Below are positions 8,629-18,052 of a stretch of DNA of 64,000 bases, in pieces. Positions within the stretch are counted from its first letter, which is position 1. The number at the start of each line of letters is the position of its first letter. Position numbers and translations under genes: made by a program. Origin of the DNA: an uncultured Spirochaetales bacterium (GTDB lineage Bacteria > Myxococcota_A > UBA9160 > UBA6930); NCBI GenBank assembly GCA_964615365.1, contig CAZTOU010000002.1, positions 87,160 through 151,159 on the forward strand, given 5' to 3'. The notes under the pieces are model-generated. The model saw only the letters and a list, made by a program, of their open reading frames with translations. It did no database searches and was not told the DNA's origin.

Positions 8629-9809
8629 CGTCCCAGCTCCGCGACGGTCATGCCGCTCTCCCGGCGGTAGGTGGAGAGCGCGCGGGAGATCTGCTCGGCG
8701 AGGACATCGATGTAGAAGTCGCCCCGGAGACGCCTGGCCTCGGTGCGGTTGGTCAGGAATCCCGCTTCCAGCAGGATCGAGGGCATGTTGGAGAGGAAGA
8801 GGACGAAGAACGGCCCTCGCTTCACGCCCAGGTCTTCGACCGACCCGTGGGTCCTGCGAACCCCGTCGATGACCTCGTCCTGAATGGTTCGCGCGAGTCG
8901 CGCCGAGTGGACCGACACCTCGGAGACGCGGAGCTGCCCGACAATGCGCTGCAGCGCGTCGAGGCGGTCCGCCGGGACCCCGTTCTCCCGGGCCGCGACG
9001 CGCTGCGAGTGCCGTTCGTGGCTCTTGTCGAGATAGTAGGTCTCGATTCCCCGGGCACCGCGGCGTTTCGAGGCGTTGGTGTGGAGAGAGATGAAGACGT
9101 CGCCACCGACTCCCTCGGCGAAGGCGGTCCGTTCCTCGAGCGAGAGCGTCTCGTCCCCGTCCCGGGTCAGCACCACGCGAAAACCGCGGGTCACCAGCCG
9201 GGGACGAAGTGCCCGGGCCAGTCGCAGGGTCACGTTCTTCTCCTGCAGTCCGAACGCGCCGAGCGCCCCCGGATCGCGGCCGCCGTGGCCGGGATCGAGG
9301 ACCACGGTGCGGACCGGGCGCAGACCAGGCGGAAGCTGCCCCTCCGCGGAAGGGGCTCTCCGCGTTCTCCGACCCGGCGACACCGAGGCGCGAGCCCGGG
9401 CGCCGTAGACGTCGACGACGACCCGGTTCGGCTCCGACAGGAAGAAGAGGCGGTGATGGTCGTAGCGCTTGAGATCGATCACCACGCGGGTGGTGGTGAG
9501 GTTGTTCTGCCCCAGCCGGATTCCATCGAGGAGACCGTCCCCCACCGGAATCGGATCCGCATAGCGCAGGCCGACCCATACACCCGACAGGTCCAGGTAC
9601 AGGCGATCCGGCTTCTGCTGGGTGGGATCGGCGCCCAGCCGCTTGATCTCGGTCGTCACCGGTCGCGTGACCTCGACGACCACACGGGTGTACTCGGGAT
9701 AGGACCAGTGACGAACCGCCGTCACGTCGGAGAGGCCGGGGGGCCGCTCGATTCCGAGCAGCACGGGCAGCGCCAGCAGGATCGGGAGGATTCCGGCGAC
9801 CGGCCGCAT
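8625..9809 (-). CDS. N-acetylmuramoyl-L-alanine amidase (AMIN + Amidase_3)
   Basis: Signal peptide; AVRHWSYPEYTRVVVE (AMIN); VVLDPGHGGRDPGA, EK, FISLHTNAS, SILLEAGFLTN. Confidence 0.9.
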   Translation of the reverse strand: MRPVAGILPILLALPVLLGIERPPGLSDVTAVRHWSYPEYTRVVVEVTRPVTTEIKRLGADPTQQKPDRLYLDLSGVWVGLRYADPIPVGDGLLDGIRLGQNNLTTTRVVIDLKRYDHHRLFFLSEPNRVVVDVYGARARASVSPGRRTRRAPSAEGQLPPGLRPVRTVVLDPGHGGRDPGALGAFGLQEKNVTLRLARALRPRLVTRGFRVVLTRDGDETLSLEERTAFAEGVGGDVFISLHTNASKRRGARGIETYYLDKSHERHSQRVAARENGVPADRLDALQRIVGQLRVSEVSVHSARLARTIQDEVIDGVRRTHGSVEDLGVKRGPFFVLFLSNMPSILLEAGFLTNRTEARRLRGDFYIDVLAEQISRALSTYRRESGMTVAELGR

Positions 9810-12502
9810 CACGAATCCGCCCCTTCCCCGCGGAGCCGGCCGGTGAGCCTCGCCAGAAGCGCGAGTGCATCGATGGGCGTGGTGCGATCCGGATCGAGTG
9901 CGCGAAGCTCGTCGAGTACCGCGGTCTCCTCCGGGCTTCGCGGCGCCGGTGTCCCGAAGAGCGCCATCTGCCCGTCTTCGGGTCTCGCGCTCTCCCCGTC
10001 CGCCGTCCCGTGTTCGGCGAGGCGCGGTCGCCCGTCCTCGCCGAGCTCCTCGCTCTCGAGGTTGTGGAGGATCTCCCTGGCGCGCTCGAGCACGGGGGTG
10101 GGGAGACCCGCGAGCTGCGCCACCTGGATGCCGTAGGAACGGCTCGCCGCGCCCGGCACCAGTCGGCGCAGAAAGAGGACCTCCTCCCCCCACTCCCGAG
10201 CCTCGAAGTGCGCGTTGCGGACTCCGCTCCGGGTCCGAGCCAGGTCTGCGAGCTCGTGGTAGTGCGTCGCGAAGAGGGTGCGGGGGCCCAGGCCGGGGGT
10301 GTCGTGGAGGTACTCGGCGACCGCCCAGGCGATGGAGAGCCCGTCGAAGGTGCTGGTGCCCCGGCCGATCTCGTCGAGGAGGATCAGGCTGCTGCTCGAC
10401 GCGTGGGCCAGGATCTCGGCGGTCTCCCGCATCTCCACCATGAAGGTGGATTCTCCCCGGGTCAGCCGGTCGGTGGCCCCGACCCGGGTGAAGATTCGGT
10501 CGACGATGCCGACGCGGGCGCCGTCGGCCGGGACGAAGCTGCCGATCTGGGCGAGCAGCACCAGCAGCGCCACCTGCCGCAGGTAGGTGCTCTTGCCCGC
10601 CATGTTCGGCCCGGTGATGAGCAGGATCCGGGTAGAGGCCGGATCCAGATCGGTGTCATTGGGCACGAACTGCTCACCGGTGCGTTCGGCCAGCAGGGGC
10701 TCGACCACCGGGTGCCGCCCGGCGCGAATCTCCAGCAGGTCGCCCTCCTCCACCACCGGACGGACCCAGCCATCCCGGCGGCCGACTTCCGCAAGGGACT
10801 GGAGCGCATCGAGATCGGCGACGGCCTCCGCGGCGGCCCGGATTCCCGCCGCCCCCGCCAGCACCAGCTGCCGGACGCTCTCGAAGACCTCGCGTTCCAG
10901 CGCCGCCGCCCGTTCGTTGGCGCCCCGCACCTTCGACTCCATCTCGCGAAGCTCCGGCGTGGTGAAGCGCTCGGCGTTGGCCAGGGTCTGCTTCCGCTCG
11001 TAGTCTTCGGGGATCCGCCCCAGCTGCGCCTTGCTGACCTCGAGGGAGTAGCCGTGGACGGGGTGGAAGCGGACCTTGAGGTTCGGCACACCGGTCCGTT
11101 CGCGCTCCCGCAATTCGAGGCCGGCGATCCACTCGCGACCCTTGCGCGCGCTGTCCCGGAGCGCATCCAGCTCGGGCCGGAACCCCTCGCGGATGTAGCC
11201 GGTCTCGTTGGCGCCGCGCGATCCTCTGGGAATCACCGGCGGATCCTCCACGATGGATTCCCGGAGGAGCTGCTCCATCTCGGGGAGCGGCTCGGGAGGA
11301 ACCAGCCCGAGACCCGGGGATCCCGGGTCGGGGAGCAGGTCCCCACCCTCGTCCCCAAAAGCCGCGGCGACACCCGGCAGAGCCGATACGGAGCTCCGCA
11401 GCGCGGCCAGATCCCGAGGTTGCGCGCCGGGGCGCGTGACCTTGGCGAGAATCCGCTCCAGGTCGCGCACACCGGCGAGGGCGCTTCGCAGCCGGGCCCT
11501 GGTGCGATCCCGCTCCGCGAGACGAGCGACGGCCTCCTGACGGCTGCGAATTTCCTGGCAGTCGAGCAGCGGATAGGCGACCCAGCGCGCCAGACGACGC
11601 GCTCCCAGGGGCGTCATGGTCTGGTCGATCCGTTCGATCAGCGTGCCCTTGCGGGAGCGGTCCTCGAGGCTCTCGAACAGCTCGAGGTGGGTGCGCGTCG
11701 CCGCGTCCAGCACCATGGCGTCTCCCAGCCGGTAGCGGCGGAGCTGCGGCGCGTGCCGAAGCGCAAAGGGCTGGTGGATCTCGAGAAAGCCGAGGATCGC
11801 CGATGCGGCCCGGCCACCGGCGTCCGACCCGACCCGACGCGGGTCGCGCGCTTCGAAGATCGCGGGATCGACCGGAGTCAGCGCGGCTTCCGAGAGGCGC
11901 TCCCCGATCCGCGCGCGCAGCGCCTCGGCAGACGGGGCCGGAACCAGCACCTCGCGAGGGGCGATCCGTTCCAGCTCTTCGAGCAATGCGGCGGACAACA
12001 GCTCCTCGCCGTCGCAGCGCACCTCGGTGGCCCGAAAGCTCCCGGTGGAGGCGTCGAGGGCGGCGACGCCCGCCGCACCGAGCACCCCGCCGGGCGCGAC
12101 GGCCGCGACGATCAGCTCTCGAGCGGCGTCCAAACCCTCCGGATCGCCGACCAGACCGGGGGTCACCACCTCGACCACCTCGCGTCGCACCAGGCGCTGA
12201 CCGCCGGTGTGCTTCGGATCTTCCACCTGCTCGCAGATGGCGACGCGGTGTCCCAGCTCGGTCAGGCGCTTCACGTAGCCGTCTGCGCTGTGCGCGGGGA
12301 CGCCGCACATGGGAACCGCGTCGGGCTTCCCGCGGTCCCGGGTGGTGAGAGCGATGTCGAGCAGCGGCGCCACCCGCTCCGCATCCTCGAAGAAGAGCTC
12401 GTAGAAATCCCCCATTCGGTAGAAGATGAACGCGTCCGGATGGCGGGCCTTGATGCTCAGGTACTGGCGCATCATCGGGGTGTCGCGGGCGGAGCGGCTC
12501 AT
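9809..12502 (-). CDS. mutS: DNA mismatch repair protein MutS
   Basis: TPMMRQYL.IK, FYRMGDFYELFFEDA, ITGPNMAGKSTYLRQ, GESTFMVEM, LDEIGRGTSTFDG, ATHYHEL, SYGIQVA; ATG 12502 in an ATGA overlap. Confidence 0.97.
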   Translation of the reverse strand: MSRSARDTPMMRQYLSIKARHPDAFIFYRMGDFYELFFEDAERVAPLLDIALTTRDRGKPDAVPMCGVPAHSADGYVKRLTELGHRVAICEQVEDPKHTGGQRLVRREVVEVVTPGLVGDPEGLDAARELIVAAVAPGGVLGAAGVAALDASTGSFRATEVRCDGEELLSAALLEELERIAPREVLVPAPSAEALRARIGERLSEAALTPVDPAIFEARDPRRVGSDAGGRAASAILGFLEIHQPFALRHAPQLRRYRLGDAMVLDAATRTHLELFESLEDRSRKGTLIERIDQTMTPLGARRLARWVAYPLLDCQEIRSRQEAVARLAERDRTRARLRSALAGVRDLERILAKVTRPGAQPRDLAALRSSVSALPGVAAAFGDEGGDLLPDPGSPGLGLVPPEPLPEMEQLLRESIVEDPPVIPRGSRGANETGYIREGFRPELDALRDSARKGREWIAGLELRERERTGVPNLKVRFHPVHGYSLEVSKAQLGRIPEDYERKQTLANAERFTTPELREMESKVRGANERAAALEREVFESVRQLVLAGAAGIRAAAEAVADLDALQSLAEVGRRDGWVRPVVEEGDLLEIRAGRHPVVEPLLAERTGEQFVPNDTDLDPASTRILLITGPNMAGKSTYLRQVALLVLLAQIGSFVPADGARVGIVDRIFTRVGATDRLTRGESTFMVEMRETAEILAHASSSSLILLDEIGRGTSTFDGLSIAWAVAEYLHDTPGLGPRTLFATHYHELADLARTRSGVRNAHFEAREWGEEVLFLRRLVPGAASRSYGIQVAQLAGLPTPVLERAREILHNLESEELGEDGRPRLAEHGTADGESARPEDGQMALFGTPAPRSPEETAVLDELRALDPDRTTPIDALALLARLTGRLRGEGADS

Positions 12503-13539
12503 CCCGTGAACTCCCGTCGCTCCAGCGCGACGCTCCGTTCGAGCAGGTCCACCAGCTCCCCGAGCTCCGCAATCCCTTCGGTCTCTCTTCCCGCGGCGAG
12601 AAGCACCCGCGACAGCACCACGTGCGCCTGCAGGTTCTCCGCATCCCGCTCCAGGATGGCGCGAACCTCGGCAATCGCGGCATCCGTATCGCCCCGAGCC
12701 GCCAGGGCGCGCGCCAGGGCCAGGCGGGCGTCCACGTCTCCCGAGCGCGTTTCCAGTAGCTCGCGCAAGAAGTCCTCGAACTCCCGGGCGCGACCGATGG
12801 CCGCGTAGGTGGCCTCGAGGCGCGGGTAGACCTCGGCGCCGCTGCGCCTGTCGAGTTCCGGAACCCTGCGCCAGGCGGCCAACGCCCGCTTGGATCGACC
12901 TCGTTCCGCCTCCCACGCGCCGAGCTGGATCCAGGCGCTCGCGCAGCGCGGGTCCTTGCGCAGCGCCCGCCGCAGCGCCCGCCGCTCCTGGTCGCTCCGT
13001 CCCTCGGCGTGAGCCGCTTCCGCCATCTCCACCAGCAGCCGGGCTTCTTCGCTGCGACCGTCCCGCCCTTCGGAACGGGACAGCTGCCGCTGCAGCTCGA
13101 GGGCCCGAGGATGATCCCGCACATCCGCCCGGAGGCGGACCAGCGCGCGAAGCGCGCCCTGATGGCCGGGACGACGCGCCAGCAGCTCCTCGTAGGCCGC
13201 GATGGCGCGCTGCAGGAAGCCGCCTTTGCGGAAGTCTCCGCCGAGCCCCAGGAGCGCCTCGTCTCGCTGGTCGGGCCGGAGGTCGGTACGCAGGAGCAGA
13301 TTCTGGTGGAGCCGAACCGCCCTTCCGACCTCGCCGCGCAACCGGTACAGCCGTGCGAGAGAGAGGTAGGCGTCGACCTGATCGCCGTCGAGCCGCACGA
13401 CGCGTCCGAGCAGGTCTTCGGCGCCGGCGAGATCGCCCTCGAGAACGCAGCGCAGCGCCTCTCGCAGCGCCCTGTCCACGTCTCTCTGTGTGCGCTTCTC
13501 GCCCCGGAACCAGCGCCGGAACCGGTTCATCGACCTCAC
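12499..13539 (-). CDS. lapB: LapB-like tetratricopeptide-repeat protein
   Basis: AYLSLARLYR.RGEVGRAVRLHQNLL, LGGDFRKGGFLQRA match LapB TPRs; follows lapA and ihfB; no C-terminal rubredoxin motif. Confidence 0.7.
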   Translation of the reverse strand: MRSMNRFRRWFRGEKRTQRDVDRALREALRCVLEGDLAGAEDLLGRVVRLDGDQVDAYLSLARLYRLRGEVGRAVRLHQNLLLRTDLRPDQRDEALLGLGGDFRKGGFLQRAIAAYEELLARRPGHQGALRALVRLRADVRDHPRALELQRQLSRSEGRDGRSEEARLLVEMAEAAHAEGRSDQERRALRRALRKDPRCASAWIQLGAWEAERGRSKRALAAWRRVPELDRRSGAEVYPRLEATYAAIGRAREFEDFLRELLETRSGDVDARLALARALAARGDTDAAIAEVRAILERDAENLQAHVVLSRVLLAAGRETEGIAELGELVDLLERSVALERREFTG

Positions 13540-13913
13540 GCGCTCCGGCTTGCGAGCCCGCCACCTTCGCCCTCGCGCCCCTCGGCGCCGGCGCCCGAGG
13601 GCGAGGCGGACTCAGGAGCGGCGAGGGGCAGGTTGCGGAGTTGGTGGATCTCCGATTCGAGACCCCTGACCGCCTTTCGGTAGCGCCTCGCGACGAGGTT
13701 CTTCTTGATCACCAGGTAGCAGAGGGAGAGACCCGCCGATAGCACACCGAGGCCGAAGGCGATCAGGAGCACCACCCAGATCGGCTCCGCCGGGGTCTGG
13801 AGGACGAGAAGATCGACGGGGATCTCGGTGGCGTTCATCGAAGCGAACCGCCAGACGACGAAGAACAGCCCCGCGAAGAGAAACAGTGCCATCAGGCGAC
13901 GGACGGTCTGCAT
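13536..13913 (-). CDS. lapA: LapA-family membrane protein
   Basis: Two hydrophobic segments with N...V.L between them, then RRYRKAVRGLESEIHQLRNLP; position ihfB-lapA-lapB. Confidence 0.75.
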   Translation of the reverse strand: MQTVRRLMALFLFAGLFFVVWRFASMNATEIPVDLLVLQTPAEPIWVVLLIAFGLGVLSAGLSLCYLVIKKNLVARRYRKAVRGLESEIHQLRNLPLAAPESASPSGAGAEGREGEGGGLASRSA

Positions 13914-13931
13914 GAGATCCTCGCCGCGAGC

Positions 13932-14258
13932 TCAGCCGACCGGGCCGGAGGCGGCCACCTTGTCGGTCGTCGTCGAGCGGGCCTCATCCACCTTCTCCTT
14001 CAGCTCCTTGCCGACCTTGAAGAAGGGCGTCCGCTTGGCCGGGATCTGCACTTCTTCCCCGGTCTTCGGGTTTCGGCCCTCGCGGGCCTCCCGAATCTTC
14101 ACCTGGAAGCTCCCGAAGCCGCGAATCTCGATCCGACCGCCCTGCTTCAATGCTTCGGTCATCGAGTCGAAGATCGTGTTGACCACGACCTCGGTGTCCT
14201 TCTTCGAAATGTGCGGAGTCAGCTCCGCGACCCTCTCGATGAGCCCGCTCTTTGTCAT
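13932..14258 (-). CDS. ihfB: Integration host factor subunit beta
   Basis: MTKSGLIE, RIEIRGFGSFQVKIREAREGRNPKTGE.V.IPAKRTPFFKVGKELKE; downstream of rpsA; GGGGAG RBS. Confidence 0.92.
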   Translation of the reverse strand: MTKSGLIERVAELTPHISKKDTEVVVNTIFDSMTEALKQGGRIEIRGFGSFQVKIREAREGRNPKTGEEVQIPAKRTPFFKVGKELKEKVDEARSTTTDKVAASGPVG

Positions 14259-14277
14259 CGGTCTCCCCAAGTGCTCG

Positions 14278-14313
14278 GGTCCCGGCCCGGTGCTTGCGCT
14301 CCAGGCCGGGACC
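14278..14313 (-). other. Stable hairpin between rpsA and ihfB
   Basis: Minus-strand RNA GGUCCCGGCC-U-GGAGC-GCAA-GCACC-G-GGCCGGGACC; GNRA loop; no U tract. Confidence 0.55.
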
Positions 14314-14319
14314 TCACTG

Positions 14320-16020
14320 CTATTCCTCGGACTTCTCGGCGAGCTTCTCCTTGAGAAGATCGCCGAAAGTCGTCGTCTGGGTCTGCGACTGCTGAGCCGA
14401 CAGGTTCCTCAGCGCCGCGCGCTGCTCGCGGTCCGAGACCGCCTTGATCGACAGAGAGATCTTCTGGTCGATCGGAGCGATCTTGGTCACCAGCGCCGTC
14501 ACGGTCTGGCCGACCTCGACGGCGGCCGATGGCTTGTCGATGGCCTCCGCCGACAGCTCCGAGCTGTACACCAGACCCTCGATGCCGTCCTCCAGTCGAA
14601 CGAAGGCGCCGAAGTCGGTGACGTTGGTGACCTCTCCCGTGACCTCCGTGCCCAGCGGGTACCTCTCCTGGATCCCGTCCCAGGGATTGGCCTCGAGCTG
14701 CTTGATGCCGAGCGAGAACTTCTCGTTCTCCCGATCGATCTTGAGAACGACCGCTTCGATCTCGTCCCCCTTGTTGAACTTCTCGCTCGGGTGCTTGATC
14801 TGCTCCGTCCACGAGATGTCCGAGACGTGCACCAGCCCGTCGATTCCCTCTTCGAGACCCACGAAGACGCCGAAGTTGGTGATGTTCCGGACCGTCCCGC
14901 CCACCTTCGTGCCGATCGGGTACTTCTCCTCGATCACGCTCCACGGGTTCGGCTCGATCTGTTTGATTCCCAGAGAGATCTTCCGGTTCACCTCGTCGAC
15001 GGCGAGAATCACCGCCTCGACCTGGTCTTCGATGGCCACCACCTTGGAGGGATGCTTGATCCTCTTGGTCCAGGACATCTCCGAGACGTGGACGAGCCCT
15101 TCGATACCGGGCTCCAGCTCGATGAACGCGCCGTAGTCGGTGAGCGAGACCACGCGGCCCCGAATGCGGACACCGATCGGATAACGCATGGCGGCGTCCA
15201 CCCAGGGATCGGGCTGGATCTGCTTGAGGCCGAGTGAGACCCGCTCGGTCTCCGCGTCGAACTTCAGCACCCTCACCTTGATCTCGTCACCGACGCGGAA
15301 CAGCTCGCTCGGATGATTCACCCGGCCCCACGACATGTCCGTCACGTGCAGCAGTCCGTCGATCCCACCGAGATCGATGAAAGCTCCGTAGTCGGTGATG
15401 TTCTTGATGACGCCGTCGATGATCTGGCCTGCCTCGAGCGTCTCCAGCGTCGAAGCGCGCATCTTCTCGCGCTCCTTCTCCAGGAGAGCCCGCCGGGAGA
15501 GAACGATGTTCCCCCGTCGCTTGTTGAACTTGATGATCTTGAATTCGAGCTTCTCTCCGAGGAGATTCTCGAGATTCCGCACCGGACGCAGATCGACCTG
15601 GGAACCGGGCAGGAAGGCCTTGACGCCGATGTCGACGGAGAGCCCTCCCTTCACGCGGGAGAGCACCTTGCCCTCCACCGGCTCGTCCGCCTCGTAGGCA
15701 TTGCTGATCTCGTCCCAGATCTTGAGGCGGTCGGCCTTCTCCTTGGAGAGGACGATCCGGCCGTCGTCGTCCTCGGTCTCCTCGATCAGTACGTCGATCT
15801 CATTACCGACCTCGATCTGGAGATTGCCGGCCTCGTCCATGAACTCCCAGGTGTCGATGAATCCCTCGGACTTGAAGCCGATGTCCACCTGGACGTGGTC
15901 ATCGTCGATCGAGAGGATCTTCCCCTTGACGACCTCCCCTTCCTTCAGCTTTCTGACGCTCTGTTCGAACAGCTCGGCGAAGCTTTCTTCGCCGCTGGTG
16001 TTGCTGGTTTGTTGATCCAT
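14320..16020 (-). CDS. rpsA: 30S ribosomal protein S1
   Basis: Repeated S1 domains (VDIGFKSEG, FLPGSQVD, ITDYGAFIDLGGIDGLLHVTDMSW, DGLVHVSDISW). Confidence 0.97.
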   Translation of the reverse strand: MDQQTSNTSGEESFAELFEQSVRKLKEGEVVKGKILSIDDDHVQVDIGFKSEGFIDTWEFMDEAGNLQIEVGNEIDVLIEETEDDDGRIVLSKEKADRLKIWDEISNAYEADEPVEGKVLSRVKGGLSVDIGVKAFLPGSQVDLRPVRNLENLLGEKLEFKIIKFNKRRGNIVLSRRALLEKEREKMRASTLETLEAGQIIDGVIKNITDYGAFIDLGGIDGLLHVTDMSWGRVNHPSELFRVGDEIKVRVLKFDAETERVSLGLKQIQPDPWVDAAMRYPIGVRIRGRVVSLTDYGAFIELEPGIEGLVHVSEMSWTKRIKHPSKVVAIEDQVEAVILAVDEVNRKISLGIKQIEPNPWSVIEEKYPIGTKVGGTVRNITNFGVFVGLEEGIDGLVHVSDISWTEQIKHPSEKFNKGDEIEAVVLKIDRENEKFSLGIKQLEANPWDGIQERYPLGTEVTGEVTNVTDFGAFVRLEDGIEGLVYSSELSAEAIDKPSAAVEVGQTVTALVTKIAPIDQKISLSIKAVSDREQRAALRNLSAQQSQTQTTTFGDLLKEKLAEKSEE

Positions 16021-16064
16021 ACCTGTTGGTGTGACTCCTTGGCGGCCGTCCCCTTTGGGACAGC

Positions 16065-16955
16065 CTAGATTTCCGGGTTTGCGCCCCCGGATCGGGCGTG
16101 ATTCGAACCGCGCGCGAGATTTGCGCGCCCGTCGTCGATGAACTGCTCCAAAGCCTCCGCATCGCCCTGCTCCACCATGCGGGCCAGCGCTCCGAGGCGC
16201 TCGCCGGCCTCCCGGAGCGGAGCGGCGAGGGCCGCGCGGTTGGAGACGAGGATGTCCGCCCAGACGCTGGGATCGCTCCGCGCGATCCGCGTGAAGTCGC
16301 GGAAGCCGGGGCCCTGGACCAGGGCGGCCCCCGGCGGAGAAGCGCCCAGAGCGTGGGCGAAAGCGAAGGCCATGGCGTGGGGAACGTGGCTCACCCAGCC
16401 GACCTCCGCGTCGTGGACGGCCGGATCCCGCAGGAGCACCCTGCCGCCGAGAGCGGACCAGAAGGCCGCCACCCGCTCCACCCGGTCGCGGGGCGTTCCC
16501 GGTAGCGGCGACACGATGCAGACCGCCCCCTCGAAGAGATCGCCTCGCGCCTGCGCGTACCCGGTCTGATCCCCTCCCGCCATCGGATGGGATCCCACGT
16601 AGGTCGCGCCCGCGGGAAGGGCGGCGGGGAGGCTCTCGGCGAGAACTCCCTTCACGCTGCCGATGTCACTGACCAACGCGCCCGGGGCGAGATGCGGTGC
16701 CGCCTTGCGCAGGACCTCGGGCATCGCGAAGACCGGTGTCGCGAGCACCACGAACTCCGCACCGCGAACACCCTCGGCGAGATCGCTGCCGGCGGCGTCC
16801 ACGGCGCCGTCGCGCGTTGCGGCCTCCAGGGTCTCGGGACGTCGCGTCACGCCGACGACGGTCCCGGCGACTCCCCGGGAGCGGGCCGCCATCGCCATCG
16901 AGCCCCCGAGAAGCCCCAGACCGATGATGGTGATCCGCTCGAAGAGCTGCGTCAC
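16065..16955 (-). CDS. tyrA: Prephenate/arogenate dehydrogenase
   Basis: ITIIGLGLLGGS (Rossmann), DIGSVK, GSHPMAG, HDAEVGWVSHVPH, GPGFRDFTRIARSDP..W.DI. Confidence 0.9.
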   Translation of the reverse strand: MTQLFERITIIGLGLLGGSMAMAARSRGVAGTVVGVTRRPETLEAATRDGAVDAAGSDLAEGVRGAEFVVLATPVFAMPEVLRKAAPHLAPGALVSDIGSVKGVLAESLPAALPAGATYVGSHPMAGGDQTGYAQARGDLFEGAVCIVSPLPGTPRDRVERVAAFWSALGGRVLLRDPAVHDAEVGWVSHVPHAMAFAFAHALGASPPGAALVQGPGFRDFTRIARSDPSVWADILVSNRAALAAPLREAGERLGALARMVEQGDAEALEQFIDDGRANLARGSNHARSGGANPEI

Positions 16956-18049
16956 CGGGTTCCCTCCCGGATCTTTCGGAGCGCCATCAGCAGCTTCTCG
17001 TTCTCCTTGGCGGTCCCGATGGTGATCCGCACGTGCTCGGGGAGCCCGAAGCCAGCCAGGGGGCGCACGATCACGCCCTCGAGGAGGAGCTTCTCATAGC
17101 TCTCGGCGCCGGTCCTGGCGAGCAGGAAGTTCGCGTCGGTCGGCCAGACCTCGATGCCGAGGGCCTCGAGCCCGCGGCTGAGGACCTCCGCTCCCTCGCG
17201 GTTCGTCCGCAGGGTCCGCTCCACGTGCTCCTCGTCGTCGAGTGCGGCGAGCGCGGCGGCCTCGGCGAGCAGGTTCACGTTGAAGGGATGGCGGGCCCTC
17301 TCCAGGTAGCTGGCCATCTCCGCATCCATCATCCCGTAGCCGACCCGAAGTCCGGCCAGACCGTAGATCTTCGAGAAGGTCCGCAGCACCGCGGTTCCGG
17401 GGCGTCGCGACACCCAGCCGAAGGAGTCCGGGAAGTCGTCGCGCCGGACGAACTCGAAGTAGGCCTCGTCCACCACCAGGATCACGTCCTCCGGAAGGGA
17501 CGCGGCGAAGCGATCGAAGGCCTCGGCGCCGACGCTGGTCCCGGTGGGGTTGTTCGGATTGCACACCAGCACCAGTCGGGTTCGCTCTCCGATGGCGTCC
17601 GCCATGGCGGACAAGTCGTGGACCATGTTCCCGTTCAACGGTACCGCGATCGGTGTCGCACCCATCCCCTTCACGACGATCGGGTACATGGCGAAGGACG
17701 GCCAGGCGAAGACGGCCTCGTCACCGGGCCCGAGAAAGCTCTTGGCGAACAGCTCCAGCATCTCGTCGGCGCCGGTGCCGAAGACGAGCTGGTTCTCCGG
17801 GATCCCCAGTCGCTTCGAGAGGGCCTGGCGCAGGCGGAAGCTCGCCCCGTCGGGATAGCGGTTCACGCCCTCGAGCGCGGCCCGGATCGCCTCGACGGCC
17901 TTCGGCGAAGGGCCTAGCGGATTCTCGTTGGAGGCGAGCTTCACCGAGCCCTGGATTCCGAGCTCGCGCTCCAGCTCCTCGATCGGCTTCCCGGGCTGGT
18001 AGGGATCCAGCTCGGCGATGTGCGGCTTCACGATTCGCGAGAGCGCCAT
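16952..18049 (-). CDS. hisC: Histidinol-phosphate aminotransferase
   Basis: YQPGKPIEEL, KLASNENPLGPSPKA, NRYPDG, CNPNNPTG, VVDEAY, RTFSKIYGLAGLRVGY. Confidence 0.93.
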   Translation of the reverse strand: MALSRIVKPHIAELDPYQPGKPIEELERELGIQGSVKLASNENPLGPSPKAVEAIRAALEGVNRYPDGASFRLRQALSKRLGIPENQLVFGTGADEMLELFAKSFLGPGDEAVFAWPSFAMYPIVVKGMGATPIAVPLNGNMVHDLSAMADAIGERTRLVLVCNPNNPTGTSVGAEAFDRFAASLPEDVILVVDEAYFEFVRRDDFPDSFGWVSRRPGTAVLRTFSKIYGLAGLRVGYGMMDAEMASYLERARHPFNVNLLAEAAALAALDDEEHVERTLRTNREGAEVLSRGLEALGIEVWPTDANFLLARTGAESYEKLLLEGVIVRPLAGFGLPEHVRITIGTAKENEKLLMALRKIREGTR

Positions 18050-18052
18050 GCC

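Noticed and set aside
5833-8670. 945-aa plus-strand ORF, and similar long ORFs at 10010-12808, 19628-21313, 29461-31167, 41214-43892 and 59585-61495
   Set aside because: They are antisense shadows of well-supported genes, expected at this GC content, with no recognisable motifs
5908-13564. Apparent giant fusions in the ORF track (1320-aa GlnD, 1251-aa MutS; also 639-aa TrpB, 713-aa TrpG, 448-aa RluB)
   Set aside because: The extensions are off-frame readings of the upstream genes; real starts with stop-codon overlaps are visible
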